The notes beneath the pieces are model-generated. The model did no database searches. It was not told the DNA's origin and saw only the letters and a list, made by a program, of their open reading frames with translations. A DNA stretch of 64,000 nucleotides from Planctomycetota bacterium (GTDB lineage Bacteria; Planctomycetota; UBA11346): positions 17,823-81,822 of the forward strand of contig JAKLKR010000003.1 in assembly GCA_023150565.1 (NCBI GenBank), in the 5' to 3' direction. A program made the translations under genes and the position numbers. Below, piece after piece: positions 7,833 to 16,133 of the stretch; the first letter of the stretch is position 1; each line of letters opens with the position of its first letter.

Positions 7833-10414
7833 TTCTCGCCCAGGTAGGTGCGCGACCAGCAGCTGAGCCAGTAGATGCCGAGCAGCACGCCGGTGCCGTC
7901 AGGGGCGCTGCCGTCCTGCCGGCCCAGGCCGTCGCGCAGCAGCTTGAGATGGCGCATGCCCACCCCGGTGCGCGGGTTCGTCTCGCCGATCACGGCGATC
8001 CAGGCGTCGAGGCCGTCATCACCGGCGGGCGGTGGCAGGTTGAGTTCGAGACCGGTGATGAAACGGCCGATCACGAAGAGATGCTGCACGCAGTCGGCGG
8101 TGCGCCCTTCGACATAGGCGACGTCGAGCGCGCTGATCAGCGACGCCACCCGCCGGCCCTCGGCCTGGCTGGCGGGCTTGGCGCGGCAGACGTGGGTCAC
8201 CGCCTCGGCCAGGTGCCCCAGCATCTCCTCGACCCGGCTGCCGGGCTTGCGCTCCTCCTGGGCAAGCAGGCGGTAGAAGCCGCCGGGCTCGCCGAGGAGG
8301 TCGCCGAGGTTGACGGTGAGGGCGCGGCGGTGCCGGCGGTCGCTGGTGGCGGTGGCGCGGCTCACCAGCTCGGCGGCGGCGGCGAACTCCTCCAGCCGCA
8401 CCAGGGCCTCTGAGCAGGCCACCACCAGCTTGGGCTCGCTGGCGCCGCGCAGGTAGGCGAGCAGGACCGGCCCGCTGGCCGGGCGGAAGCCGATCACCCC
8501 CAGCGTCCGGACGATCTCGCAGGCGGTGACGGGATCGGCCGCGGCCAGCAGGCGGATCAGCACCGTCTCGATGCGCCGGCGCTGCAGGTCGGGGATGCGG
8601 CTGGTGATCTGCGGCAGCAGCTCGGCGATCGGCAGGGTGATGCGGCGGAGGATGCTCTCCAGCGACGCGCCGGTGTGCTCCTGGCGCAGGGCGCGGACGA
8701 TCTCCGGGACCAGGTCGCTGCGCGGATCCTCGAGCCGGAGCAGCAGGGCGTCGATGGCGTCATCGCTGCCGATCGAGCCGAGGGCGGTGGCGGCCTCCTC
8801 GCGCACCTCCAGCGACGGGTCGTCGAGGCGGGCGATGAGGTCGGCGACCGCCAGGGCGGTGCGCTCCTCGCCGAGGCGGCGGGCGGCGTTGGCGCGATCC
8901 CCGCGGGTATCCGAGGCGCCCATGCTCCAGATGTTGGTGATGCTGGCGACCATGCGCAGCGGGTTGATCGTCACCAGGCGGTTGAAGGCGGTGCCCAGGG
9001 CCATCTCGCCGGTGCGGCGGCGCACCATGCACAGCAGCGGCACCGCGACCAGCCAGCAGAGCGCCGTCTGCACCAGCACGGCGAAGTGGAAGAAGTTGAG
9101 CGGGATGCCGGTCGGCGGCACCCAGGCCACGGGATGGGCGGTGAACCAGTCCATCACCCAGCCGCCGACCAGGGGCCCGGCGGCGGCGGCGAGGCCGATC
9201 AGCGCCCAATGCACGGCCATGAACATGGTGCGGCCCTGGACCGGCGAGAGGGCGCCGAGCAGGCTCATCTGCGCCAGGCCGATGCCGGAGAAGAGCGCGC
9301 CGGCCACCAGGTTGACCAGCAGGAGCGCCACCACCATCGAGGGCAGGGTCACGGCGAGGGCGAATGGCAGCTGCAATTCCACGCTGCCGGCATCGACCAG
9401 GAACCACACCGCGCCGCACAGCGGCGCCAGGACCATGGTGAGGATGCCGAAGTTGCGCGCCCCGACCCGGTCCATCACGTAGCCCCAGAGGAACCCGCCC
9501 CCGATCACCCCGACGGTGGCGGTGACCACCGTCCACGAGATCTGGGTATAGCTGGCCTGGTAGATGCGCTTGAGCGCCAGCACGCCGAACTGGCCGGTCA
9601 CCGACAGGGCGAACGACCACACGCACAGCGACAGGGTCAGCCAGCGGAAGTCGGCGCTGCGCAGCGGCGCCAGCACCCGTTCGGCGATCTCGCGGGCGGC
9701 GAAGCGTATCGGGACGGTGCGCGGCTCGGGCACCTTGAAGTGGATGAGGATGTCGATGCAGCCGAACAGGCCGGCGAGGCCGAAGACGAGGCCGTAGCCG
9801 AGGTAGGAGCCGGCCGGCGTGCGCGGATCGGGGAAGAGGTCGAGGGCCCAGCCGGCGAGCACGGTGGCGAGCAGGAACGGGATCATCACCACGCTCTGGC
9901 GCACCGCCCAGAAGGTGGAACGCGAGCGCTCGGGGATGAGATCCGCCATCCAGCCGAACCACACCGGCGTCGCCGCCTGCGCCAGCAGGCTGCTCGCCGC
10001 CAGCAGCAGCAGCAGGGCGAAGGCCATCAGCTGGGTGTTGCCGCCGCACAGCCAGGGCAGGCAGGCGATGACCAGCCAGCAGGCGCGGTGCAGAAGGGCC
10101 AGCACGCCCCAGTACAGCTTGCGCGTCGCCAGCATCTCGCCGACGAAGGCGGCCGGCACCTGCAGCAGCATGGCGAACTGCTGCACCGTCACCGCCATGC
10201 CAATGGCCACACCGCTGGCGCCGATGGCATCCATGAACATGGTCACCGGCATGCCGCCGGAGATCGCCACCCAGACCATGCCGAACGAACCGGCGATGAT
10301 GTTGGTGCGCATGCCGACGCGCAGCCGCCGGTCGTTGATCGGCTCGCCGCGGGTGTCGACGAGGCTGCTGGGCGGTGGGCTGGCGGGAAGCTTGGAGGAG
10401 GCGGCCGAGGGCAT
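7829..10414 (-). CDS. MFS-type transporter (about 12 TM, ~470 aa) fused to a ~390-aa C-terminal HEAT/armadillo-repeat domain
   Basis: N-terminal hydrophobic helices typical of MFS. C-terminal 'LIARLDDPSLEVREEAATALGSIGSDDAIDALLLRLEDP' is a PBS-lyase/HEAT repeat signature. Confidence 0.75.
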   Translation of the reverse strand: MPSAASSKLPASPPPSSLVDTRGEPINDRRLRVGMRTNIIAGSFGMVWVAISGGMPVTMFMDAIGASGVAIGMAVTVQQFAMLLQVPAAFVGEMLATRKLYWGVLALLHRACWLVIACLPWLCGGNTQLMAFALLLLLAASSLLAQAATPVWFGWMADLIPERSRSTFWAVRQSVVMIPFLLATVLAGWALDLFPDPRTPAGSYLGYGLVFGLAGLFGCIDILIHFKVPEPRTVPIRFAAREIAERVLAPLRSADFRWLTLSLCVWSFALSVTGQFGVLALKRIYQASYTQISWTVVTATVGVIGGGFLWGYVMDRVGARNFGILTMVLAPLCGAVWFLVDAGSVELQLPFALAVTLPSMVVALLLVNLVAGALFSGIGLAQMSLLGALSPVQGRTMFMAVHWALIGLAAAAGPLVGGWVMDWFTAHPVAWVPPTGIPLNFFHFAVLVQTALCWLVAVPLLCMVRRRTGEMALGTAFNRLVTINPLRMVASITNIWSMGASDTRGDRANAARRLGEERTALAVADLIARLDDPSLEVREEAATALGSIGSDDAIDALLLRLEDPRSDLVPEIVRALRQEHTGASLESILRRITLPIAELLPQITSRIPDLQRRRIETVLIRLLAAADPVTACEIVRTLGVIGFRPASGPVLLAYLRGASEPKLVVACSEALVRLEEFAAAAELVSRATATSDRRHRRALTVNLGDLLGEPGGFYRLLAQEERKPGSRVEEMLGHLAEAVTHVCRAKPASQAEGRRVASLISALDVAYVEGRTADCVQHLFVIGRFITGLELNLPPPAGDDGLDAWIAVIGETNPRTGVGMRHLKLLRDGLGRQDGSAPDGTGVLLGIYWLSCWSRTYLGEN

Positions 10415-10681
10415 GGCTGGGGCGGCGTCCCGGCCGCCGTGGGGCGGAGCCTAGCGGCGGAAGGCCGCGTCGGAAGAGAGCGGGTAGAGAGGTGCGCGGG
10501 GTGGCGGCCTGTCTGCCAGAGGACCCCGGGGCGAACCGTTGCGACGAGAAACCCCGACACGGTCTGCCAGGGCCTGCTGAGGACGTGATGCGAAGAGTGC
10601 CCCTGGGAGCGCAGGCCGTCCGCCAGCTGGGTGCCGGCCTGCTCACCTGCCTCGCCGGACCCTGCTGGTCCGGCGCTGAGT

Positions 10682-12022
10682 TCAGCGTCGGCGAACGTGG
10701 AGCAGGACCAGACCGCTCAGGACCAGGCCGAGACCGCCCAGGCCGCACCGCCCGCCACCACCGCCTCCGCCCGCCGGCAATGCCGGCAGGGAGGCCGCCG
10801 GCGGTAGCGGGACCGCCACCGCGGCACCGGTCGCCACCGGCATCTCCGGAGGAACGGCGCCGGCGGCTTCGTAGGCGCCGATGTCAGGGGCGGCGCCGCT
10901 GGTGGTGCGCGGCTCGGATGAGGCCGGATGGAGGTACTGCCGCGCCGGCAGCAGGGCCTGGCCGTCGGCGCTGCCGGGGTCGGCGCCGGCGTCGATCGCC
11001 GCCGCACCGGTCTTCAGATGGTAGTCGTAGGCCGCCCGCCCCAGCAGCGGATCGGTGGTGGTGGCGAGGTTGTGCAGGGCCGCCGCCGTGGTCAGGCCGC
11101 CGATGGCGGTGCCGGGCCCGAGGAAGAGGTTGTTCTCGACCCGTGCGAGGGTGGCGGCCGGATTGATGTACAGGAAGACGGTGGTGGTGCTGGGATGGTC
11201 GTTGACGATGGTGTTGCTGCACACGTAGAGGCGGCTGACCGGATTGGTCAGCCCCTCGGCGCCGTAGACCACGATCCGGCTGTGATTGCTGCTCGCCGGC
11301 CCTTGCTGGATGCAGTTGCCGCTGATGAAGCTCAGCCCGCCGTTGGGCAGGTCGATGGCGTAGCTGGCGGTGCCGGTGGCCTCGTCCATCAGGCGGTTGG
11401 CGATGATGTGGTTGCTCTGGGCCCGGCTCTTGAGGTTGTGCCCGACCTTGGTGTGGTGGCTGTAATTGCCGCGGAAGGTCAGGCTGCGGACGGTGCCGAT
11501 GTAGACGTTGTGGGCATAGCCGTTGTTGCCGCTGGAGCTGAATTCGCAGCCCTCGATCAGGATGTCGCTGGCGGGGTTGGCGCCGCTGAGGATGCCGTTC
11601 TCGTTCTGGTGGAACTGGCAGCCGCGCACGGTCAGGCCGGCCCCCTCCTGGCGGATGCCGGCGCCGTTCTCGTCCGGCACCTTGGCGTCGGTGAAGCGGA
11701 TGCCCTCGATCGTGGTGTTGGCGCCGGCGATGACCCAGATCGCCTTGCCGTTGGGGATGGTGAAGCCGGGCACCGACAGCACCGCGTACCCGCCCACCCC
11801 GCGGATGGTGAGGTTGTCCTTGGTCCAGGTGCAGACGTCGTTGAGGTAGGTGCCAGCGTCGATGCTGATGGTGTCGCCGTGGTTCGCGGCGGCGGCTGCG
11901 AGGCTGGGCTTGGCGTAGGTCTTGCCCGGGCCGACGGTCAGTTCGGCGGCGGTGGCCGACAGCGCCAACGTCCCCAGCAGGATGCCACGCAGGACTGGGG
12001 TGCAGGTGGTCATGACCGCCAT
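10682..12022 (-). CDS. Exported right-handed parallel beta-helix (pectate-lyase-fold) protein with a Gly-rich/Cys + TM + RRR C-terminal sorting-type tail
   Basis: Signal peptide 'LLGTLALSATAAE'. Repeated beta-helix turns ('NTTIEGIRF', 'LTVRGCQFHQNENGI', 'ILIEGCEFSSSGNNGYAHNVY'). Tail 'GGGGGGGRCGLGGLGLVLSGLVLLHVRRR'. The start could be 12013 or 12022. Confidence 0.7.
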   Translation of the reverse strand: MAVMTTCTPVLRGILLGTLALSATAAELTVGPGKTYAKPSLAAAAANHGDTISIDAGTYLNDVCTWTKDNLTIRGVGGYAVLSVPGFTIPNGKAIWVIAGANTTIEGIRFTDAKVPDENGAGIRQEGAGLTVRGCQFHQNENGILSGANPASDILIEGCEFSSSGNNGYAHNVYIGTVRSLTFRGNYSHHTKVGHNLKSRAQSNHIIANRLMDEATGTASYAIDLPNGGLSFISGNCIQQGPASSNHSRIVVYGAEGLTNPVSRLYVCSNTIVNDHPSTTTVFLYINPAATLARVENNLFLGPGTAIGGLTTAAALHNLATTTDPLLGRAAYDYHLKTGAAAIDAGADPGSADGQALLPARQYLHPASSEPRTTSGAAPDIGAYEAAGAVPPEMPVATGAAVAVPLPPAASLPALPAGGGGGGGRCGLGGLGLVLSGLVLLHVRRR

Positions 12023-12175
12023 GAGGGGCTCCGCAGGATCGAGATGATACCGGCCTCGCCTGCCGGACATGGATGGCATGGTGGGTGAACTGGAGGATTT
12101 GGCGAGCCGCCATCGCTCCTTGGCGCTCAGCGTGGCTCCTGCACAACACCGGTCGACTGCCGCCGTATAACAAAT

Positions 12176-12189
12176 TGCATCCGGTTGCA
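12176..12189. promoter_or_regulatory. Putative LacI-family operator TGCATCCGGTTGCA (13/14) in a divergent promoter region
   Basis: Lies between the beta-helix gene (start 12022, minus strand) and the GH-like paralog (start 12264, plus strand). A TATAAC hexamer sits 4 nt upstream. Confidence 0.5.
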
Positions 12190-12263
12190 TCCCAGGACCC
12201 CTTCGACTCTGCTGAATCGCCAGCGCCTGCACCGCTCCTTTCAACCCGCCGCCAAGGACCGCC

Positions 12264-15200
12264 ATGCCCACCCTCCGCCTGCTGCCCCTGCTCGTCCCCG
12301 CCCTGCTCGCGGTCGCCGCCGAGACCGCCCCCGTGCAGCTGCGCGGCTTCGGGCCGGTGGCCGCGGCAGCGCCCGCCGACGGGGCGCTGGCCGAGCGCAG
12401 CTTCGCCTGCGCCTCGCCGGCCCAGGCCCAGGTGTTCATGCACAAGCTGGCGCGCGACCTGGCGCTGTCGGCCACCGGCAGCGCACGCTGGGAGGAGCCG
12501 GCCATCGCCGGCGCCGCCCGCCGGGTGCTGGTGCGCGAGGGGCTGGGCGCCTTCCTGCCGGTGGTGGTGGGCAGCGAGGTGCGGGTGTTCGCCGCCGCCG
12601 AGGTGGCCGGCCTGGCCGCCGCCGCGCCGCGCCTGGCCGGCGCCGCCGGCTACGACCCGGCCTTCGCCTATCCGGCCTGGCTCGACCGCTTCACCACCGC
12701 CGGCATCGGCTCGTGGTATCCGATCTACTGGGGCCAGGGCAGCGACGGCAAGAAGCTGACCCAGCCCAACAGCGTGCCCGACCACCTCGCCTACTTCCGC
12801 GAGCACGGGCTGACCATCCAGCCCAATTCCGGCGGCTACATCCTGCGCAACCTGCTGCCGCTGATCCGCGCCGCGGGCCTGGGCTGGCACTTCTGCCAGT
12901 GGCACGAATGGAGCCAGGACCTGGCGCGCCTGGCGCCCGAGGACCTGGTCCAGCCCAGCGACCGCTTCAGCACCATGCCGCACTACTACGGCCAGGTGGG
13001 CGAGGGCGGGCAGCGCCTGCGCGCCTACCGCGACTGGACCTTCCAGCAGACCATGGCCACGGTGCAGGACGACCCCAGCCTGATCGACTGGCTCGACCCC
13101 AACGGCGAGGTCGGACCCTTCTCCTTCTTCACCTACTGGGACTTCTCCGAGGCCAACCGCCGCAACCTGGTGCGCTACCTGTCCACCGCCTGCGGCTACA
13201 CCCCCGAGAAGGTCGGCCAGGCGTGGTACGGCAAGCCCTTCGCCAGCTGGGACCAGGTGCCGATCCCGATGGACTACGACGTGTACGGCTGGCGCCCCGG
13301 CGACCCCCTCGCCGACCGCGCCTGGCGGGTGCATCCGGCCGACGACAAGGAACCGCTCGCCGCCGGGCTGGCCGCCGGCTGGCAGCGCGAGGACTGCGAC
13401 GATGCCGGCTGGGCGCAGATCCAGCACCCCGGCGCCGAACTGGGCTCGCTGCACTGGCGGGTGGGCCGCCGCACCTCGTGGAACCGCGGCACCATCACCG
13501 TCGACGCCGCCTGGCTGGAGCGCGCCCGCGCCCAGGGCCCGGTGTGGCTGACCATGGCCTCGCTGGTGCCGGCGGGGGGCTGGCGCAACCCCGACCGCCT
13601 GTGGATCAACGGGGTCGAGGCCGCCGCCCTGTCCAAGGCCCCCGGCCACGAGATGGTGGCCCAGGTCGAGGTCGGCGCGCTGCTGCGCCCGGGCGTCAAC
13701 CGCATCACCTACCTGCCGGCGGGGGCGATCGATGCCGGCATGGCCGGCCCGATGTTCCTCACCACCGCGGCCTTCACCGGCTTCCCCACCGCCGACGAGC
13801 GCCTCAACACCCGCAACCGCGACTGGCGCGAATACCAGTCGTGGTGCGTGATGGAGCGCATGGAATCGACCTTCAAGGCCATCCGCGGCATCGACCCCCA
13901 CCGCTTCATCAAGATGCACGCCGCCGAGGACAAGCACCTCGGCATCCCGCTCCAGGCCAGGTTCGGCTGCTACGGCCACAACACCGGCGAGGGCGGCTTC
14001 TTCCGCCCCTGGGACCGGCGCTTCGGCTACCACTACGACGTCCCCGGCTCGGCCGAGTTCGGCGGCGGCATCACCACCGCCGATGGGCTCAAGCGCTGGC
14101 TGGGCTGGTACACCTTCGAGGGCCTCAACGCCTTCGACAACTTCCACAACGTGCAGGAGATGATGTACAGCCCGGCGGCGCCGGTGTGGAAGGAGGCGTT
14201 TGCCTACCTCAAGCTGGCGCCGTGGCGCGACATCAGGCAGCCCGAGATCGCCCTGCTGTGGTCGGCGCGCGCCGCCCACCTGGTGTCGCGCCCGGCGCAG
14301 TACTGCTTCGACCTCGGGCGCGGCGACCTGCAGCCGATCGGCTACAGCTACACCTACGCCAGCGAAGCCACCATCGCCGACGGCAGGCTGGGCGGCGCCC
14401 AGGTGCTGTGGGACAGCGGCACCTGGGTGATGGACCCGGAGACGGTCGACGGCATCCGCCGCTGGGTCGAGGCCGGCGGCACCTTCGTCGCCCTGCACCA
14501 GACCGGCCGCCACACCTCGACACGCAGGGACGCCTGGCCGATCAGCGCGCTGACCGGCTTCCGGGTGAAGGAGGTGCGGCCGATGGAGGGCACGGTGGCG
14601 ATCCTCCACGACCAGCCGCTGCTCAAGGGCCTGGCCGGGCGCAACTGCTACAACCGCGGCACCAGCATCGACTACTCGGGCTACAACTTCGCCGATCAGT
14701 GCGTGGCCCTGGAGCCGGCGGCCGAGGGCGTGCAGCCCATCGCCCGCTATGGCGACGGTGCCATCGCCATCGGCCTGCGCAGGCTCGGCAAGGGCCGGGT
14801 GGTGGTGCTGGGCAGCCCGTTCTGGCGCGACTCCTACGACAAGACCGGGATGTGGTGGCCGGGCGAGCAGCAGAGCGAGTTCCTGCAGGACATCCTCGCC
14901 GGCCTCGGGCTCAGGCCGCTGGCAGCGTCCGCCGACCGCGCGGTGTGGCGCGAGCACTACCTCGCCAACAACGGCACCGAGGAGCAGCTGGCGCTGTTCA
15001 ACCCCACCGACGCCCCGCGCACCCTGTCGGTGGCCTGGCGCACGGCGAAGCCCCTCGCCCGCCTGCGCGACCCGCGCACCGGCGCCGAGGTCGCCGGCAG
15101 CGTCGACGGCACCACGGTGAACCTCGCCCCCATCACCCTGCAGCCGCTCGAGACGCGCATCGTCGCCGGCCAGGTGCAGGGCGCGCCGGCGGCGGCCATC

Positions 15201-16133
15201 GACGGCTGGTTCGCCAAGACCGCCTCGTGGTGGCGCGCCTCGGAGCCGGGTGCGGTGCTGCCGCGCCCCGACCTGCCGCAGTACACCCTCGACCTCGCGG
15301 TGGGCATGAACGGGCGGGTCTATCCCGGCGGCGCCGGCGCCCCCGAGCCCGCCGCGCTCTCGCGCCTGGCCGATCCCGGCCAGGGCTTCGCGCGCTGGGC
15401 CGGGCAGAGCACCGAGGAGCTCAAGAACCGGCCCGATCCCGCCCGCCGCGTGCTGCTGCACACCCCGCTGGTGCTGCCGGCTGCCTGGAAGGCCGGCGAC
15501 CGCATCGAGCTGGTGGTCAGCACCATGGGCTACGACGCCCAGGTCGGGCCGGTGGCGGTGTGGCTGGACGGCGCCCCGGTGGTCGAACGCCGCAGCCTCA
15601 CCACTCCCGGCTACGGCGACCTCGACGACGGCGCGGTGGTCGACATCACCGCCCAGGTGTTCAAGCCCGGCGCCCACGCCCTGGTCATCGACGCCGGCAG
15701 CACCGGCTTCGTGGGCAAGGTCACCCTGCGCCGCCGCCCGGCGGTGAGCGCCGAGCTGGCGGTCACGGGCACCTTCCAGGTCCAGCGCAGCGGCACCGGC
15801 GGGGTCGGCACCCTGCAGCTGCCCGGCCGCCTCGACGGCCTCTACGCCTGGCAGGACGGCATCACCCTGCCCGCCGACTGGAAGGGCTCGCGGGTGTTCA
15901 TCGACCTCGACGTGCCCAAGCCCGGCGACTTCGACTCCTTCGCCATCAACGGCAAGCTGGTGTTCCACCCGGTGAACTGGCACCGCGCGGCGACCTGGAT
16001 GGACATCACCCCCTGGCTGCGCTGGGATGCGCCCAACCGCCTGACCCTGGTGACCAAGGCCGCCACCCGCGAGTGGAAGCCGGGGGCGCTGGAGATCCGC
16101 AGCATCCGCCTGCAAAAGGTCGACACGCCGTGA
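12264..16133 (+). CDS. Exported ~1288-aa multidomain glycoside-hydrolase-like protein; paralog of 1846..5916
   Basis: Signal peptide 'LLPLLVPALLAVAAE'. Conserved blocks shared colinearly with 1846..5916 (listed under that feature). Confidence 0.8.
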   Translation: MPTLRLLPLLVPALLAVAAETAPVQLRGFGPVAAAAPADGALAERSFACASPAQAQVFMHKLARDLALSATGSARWEEPAIAGAARRVLVREGLGAFLPVVVGSEVRVFAAAEVAGLAAAAPRLAGAAGYDPAFAYPAWLDRFTTAGIGSWYPIYWGQGSDGKKLTQPNSVPDHLAYFREHGLTIQPNSGGYILRNLLPLIRAAGLGWHFCQWHEWSQDLARLAPEDLVQPSDRFSTMPHYYGQVGEGGQRLRAYRDWTFQQTMATVQDDPSLIDWLDPNGEVGPFSFFTYWDFSEANRRNLVRYLSTACGYTPEKVGQAWYGKPFASWDQVPIPMDYDVYGWRPGDPLADRAWRVHPADDKEPLAAGLAAGWQREDCDDAGWAQIQHPGAELGSLHWRVGRRTSWNRGTITVDAAWLERARAQGPVWLTMASLVPAGGWRNPDRLWINGVEAAALSKAPGHEMVAQVEVGALLRPGVNRITYLPAGAIDAGMAGPMFLTTAAFTGFPTADERLNTRNRDWREYQSWCVMERMESTFKAIRGIDPHRFIKMHAAEDKHLGIPLQARFGCYGHNTGEGGFFRPWDRRFGYHYDVPGSAEFGGGITTADGLKRWLGWYTFEGLNAFDNFHNVQEMMYSPAAPVWKEAFAYLKLAPWRDIRQPEIALLWSARAAHLVSRPAQYCFDLGRGDLQPIGYSYTYASEATIADGRLGGAQVLWDSGTWVMDPETVDGIRRWVEAGGTFVALHQTGRHTSTRRDAWPISALTGFRVKEVRPMEGTVAILHDQPLLKGLAGRNCYNRGTSIDYSGYNFADQCVALEPAAEGVQPIARYGDGAIAIGLRRLGKGRVVVLGSPFWRDSYDKTGMWWPGEQQSEFLQDILAGLGLRPLAASADRAVWREHYLANNGTEEQLALFNPTDAPRTLSVAWRTAKPLARLRDPRTGAEVAGSVDGTTVNLAPITLQPLETRIVAGQVQGAPAAAIDGWFAKTASWWRASEPGAVLPRPDLPQYTLDLAVGMNGRVYPGGAGAPEPAALSRLADPGQGFARWAGQSTEELKNRPDPARRVLLHTPLVLPAAWKAGDRIELVVSTMGYDAQVGPVAVWLDGAPVVERRSLTTPGYGDLDDGAVVDITAQVFKPGAHALVIDAGSTGFVGKVTLRRRPAVSAELAVTGTFQVQRSGTGGVGTLQLPGRLDGLYAWQDGITLPADWKGSRVFIDLDVPKPGDFDSFAINGKLVFHPVNWHRAATWMDITPWLRWDAPNRLTLVTKAATREWKPGALEIRSIRLQKVDTP

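Noticed and set aside
10884-16115. 1743-aa minus-strand ORF, and the 1944-aa plus-strand ORF at 12185..18019
   Set aside because: Both are shadow or off-frame ORFs over the 12264..16133 gene. In the second, only the last 629 codons (16130..18019, the SASA esterase) look like a real protein. The remainder is Arg/Pro/Gly-rich nonsense.
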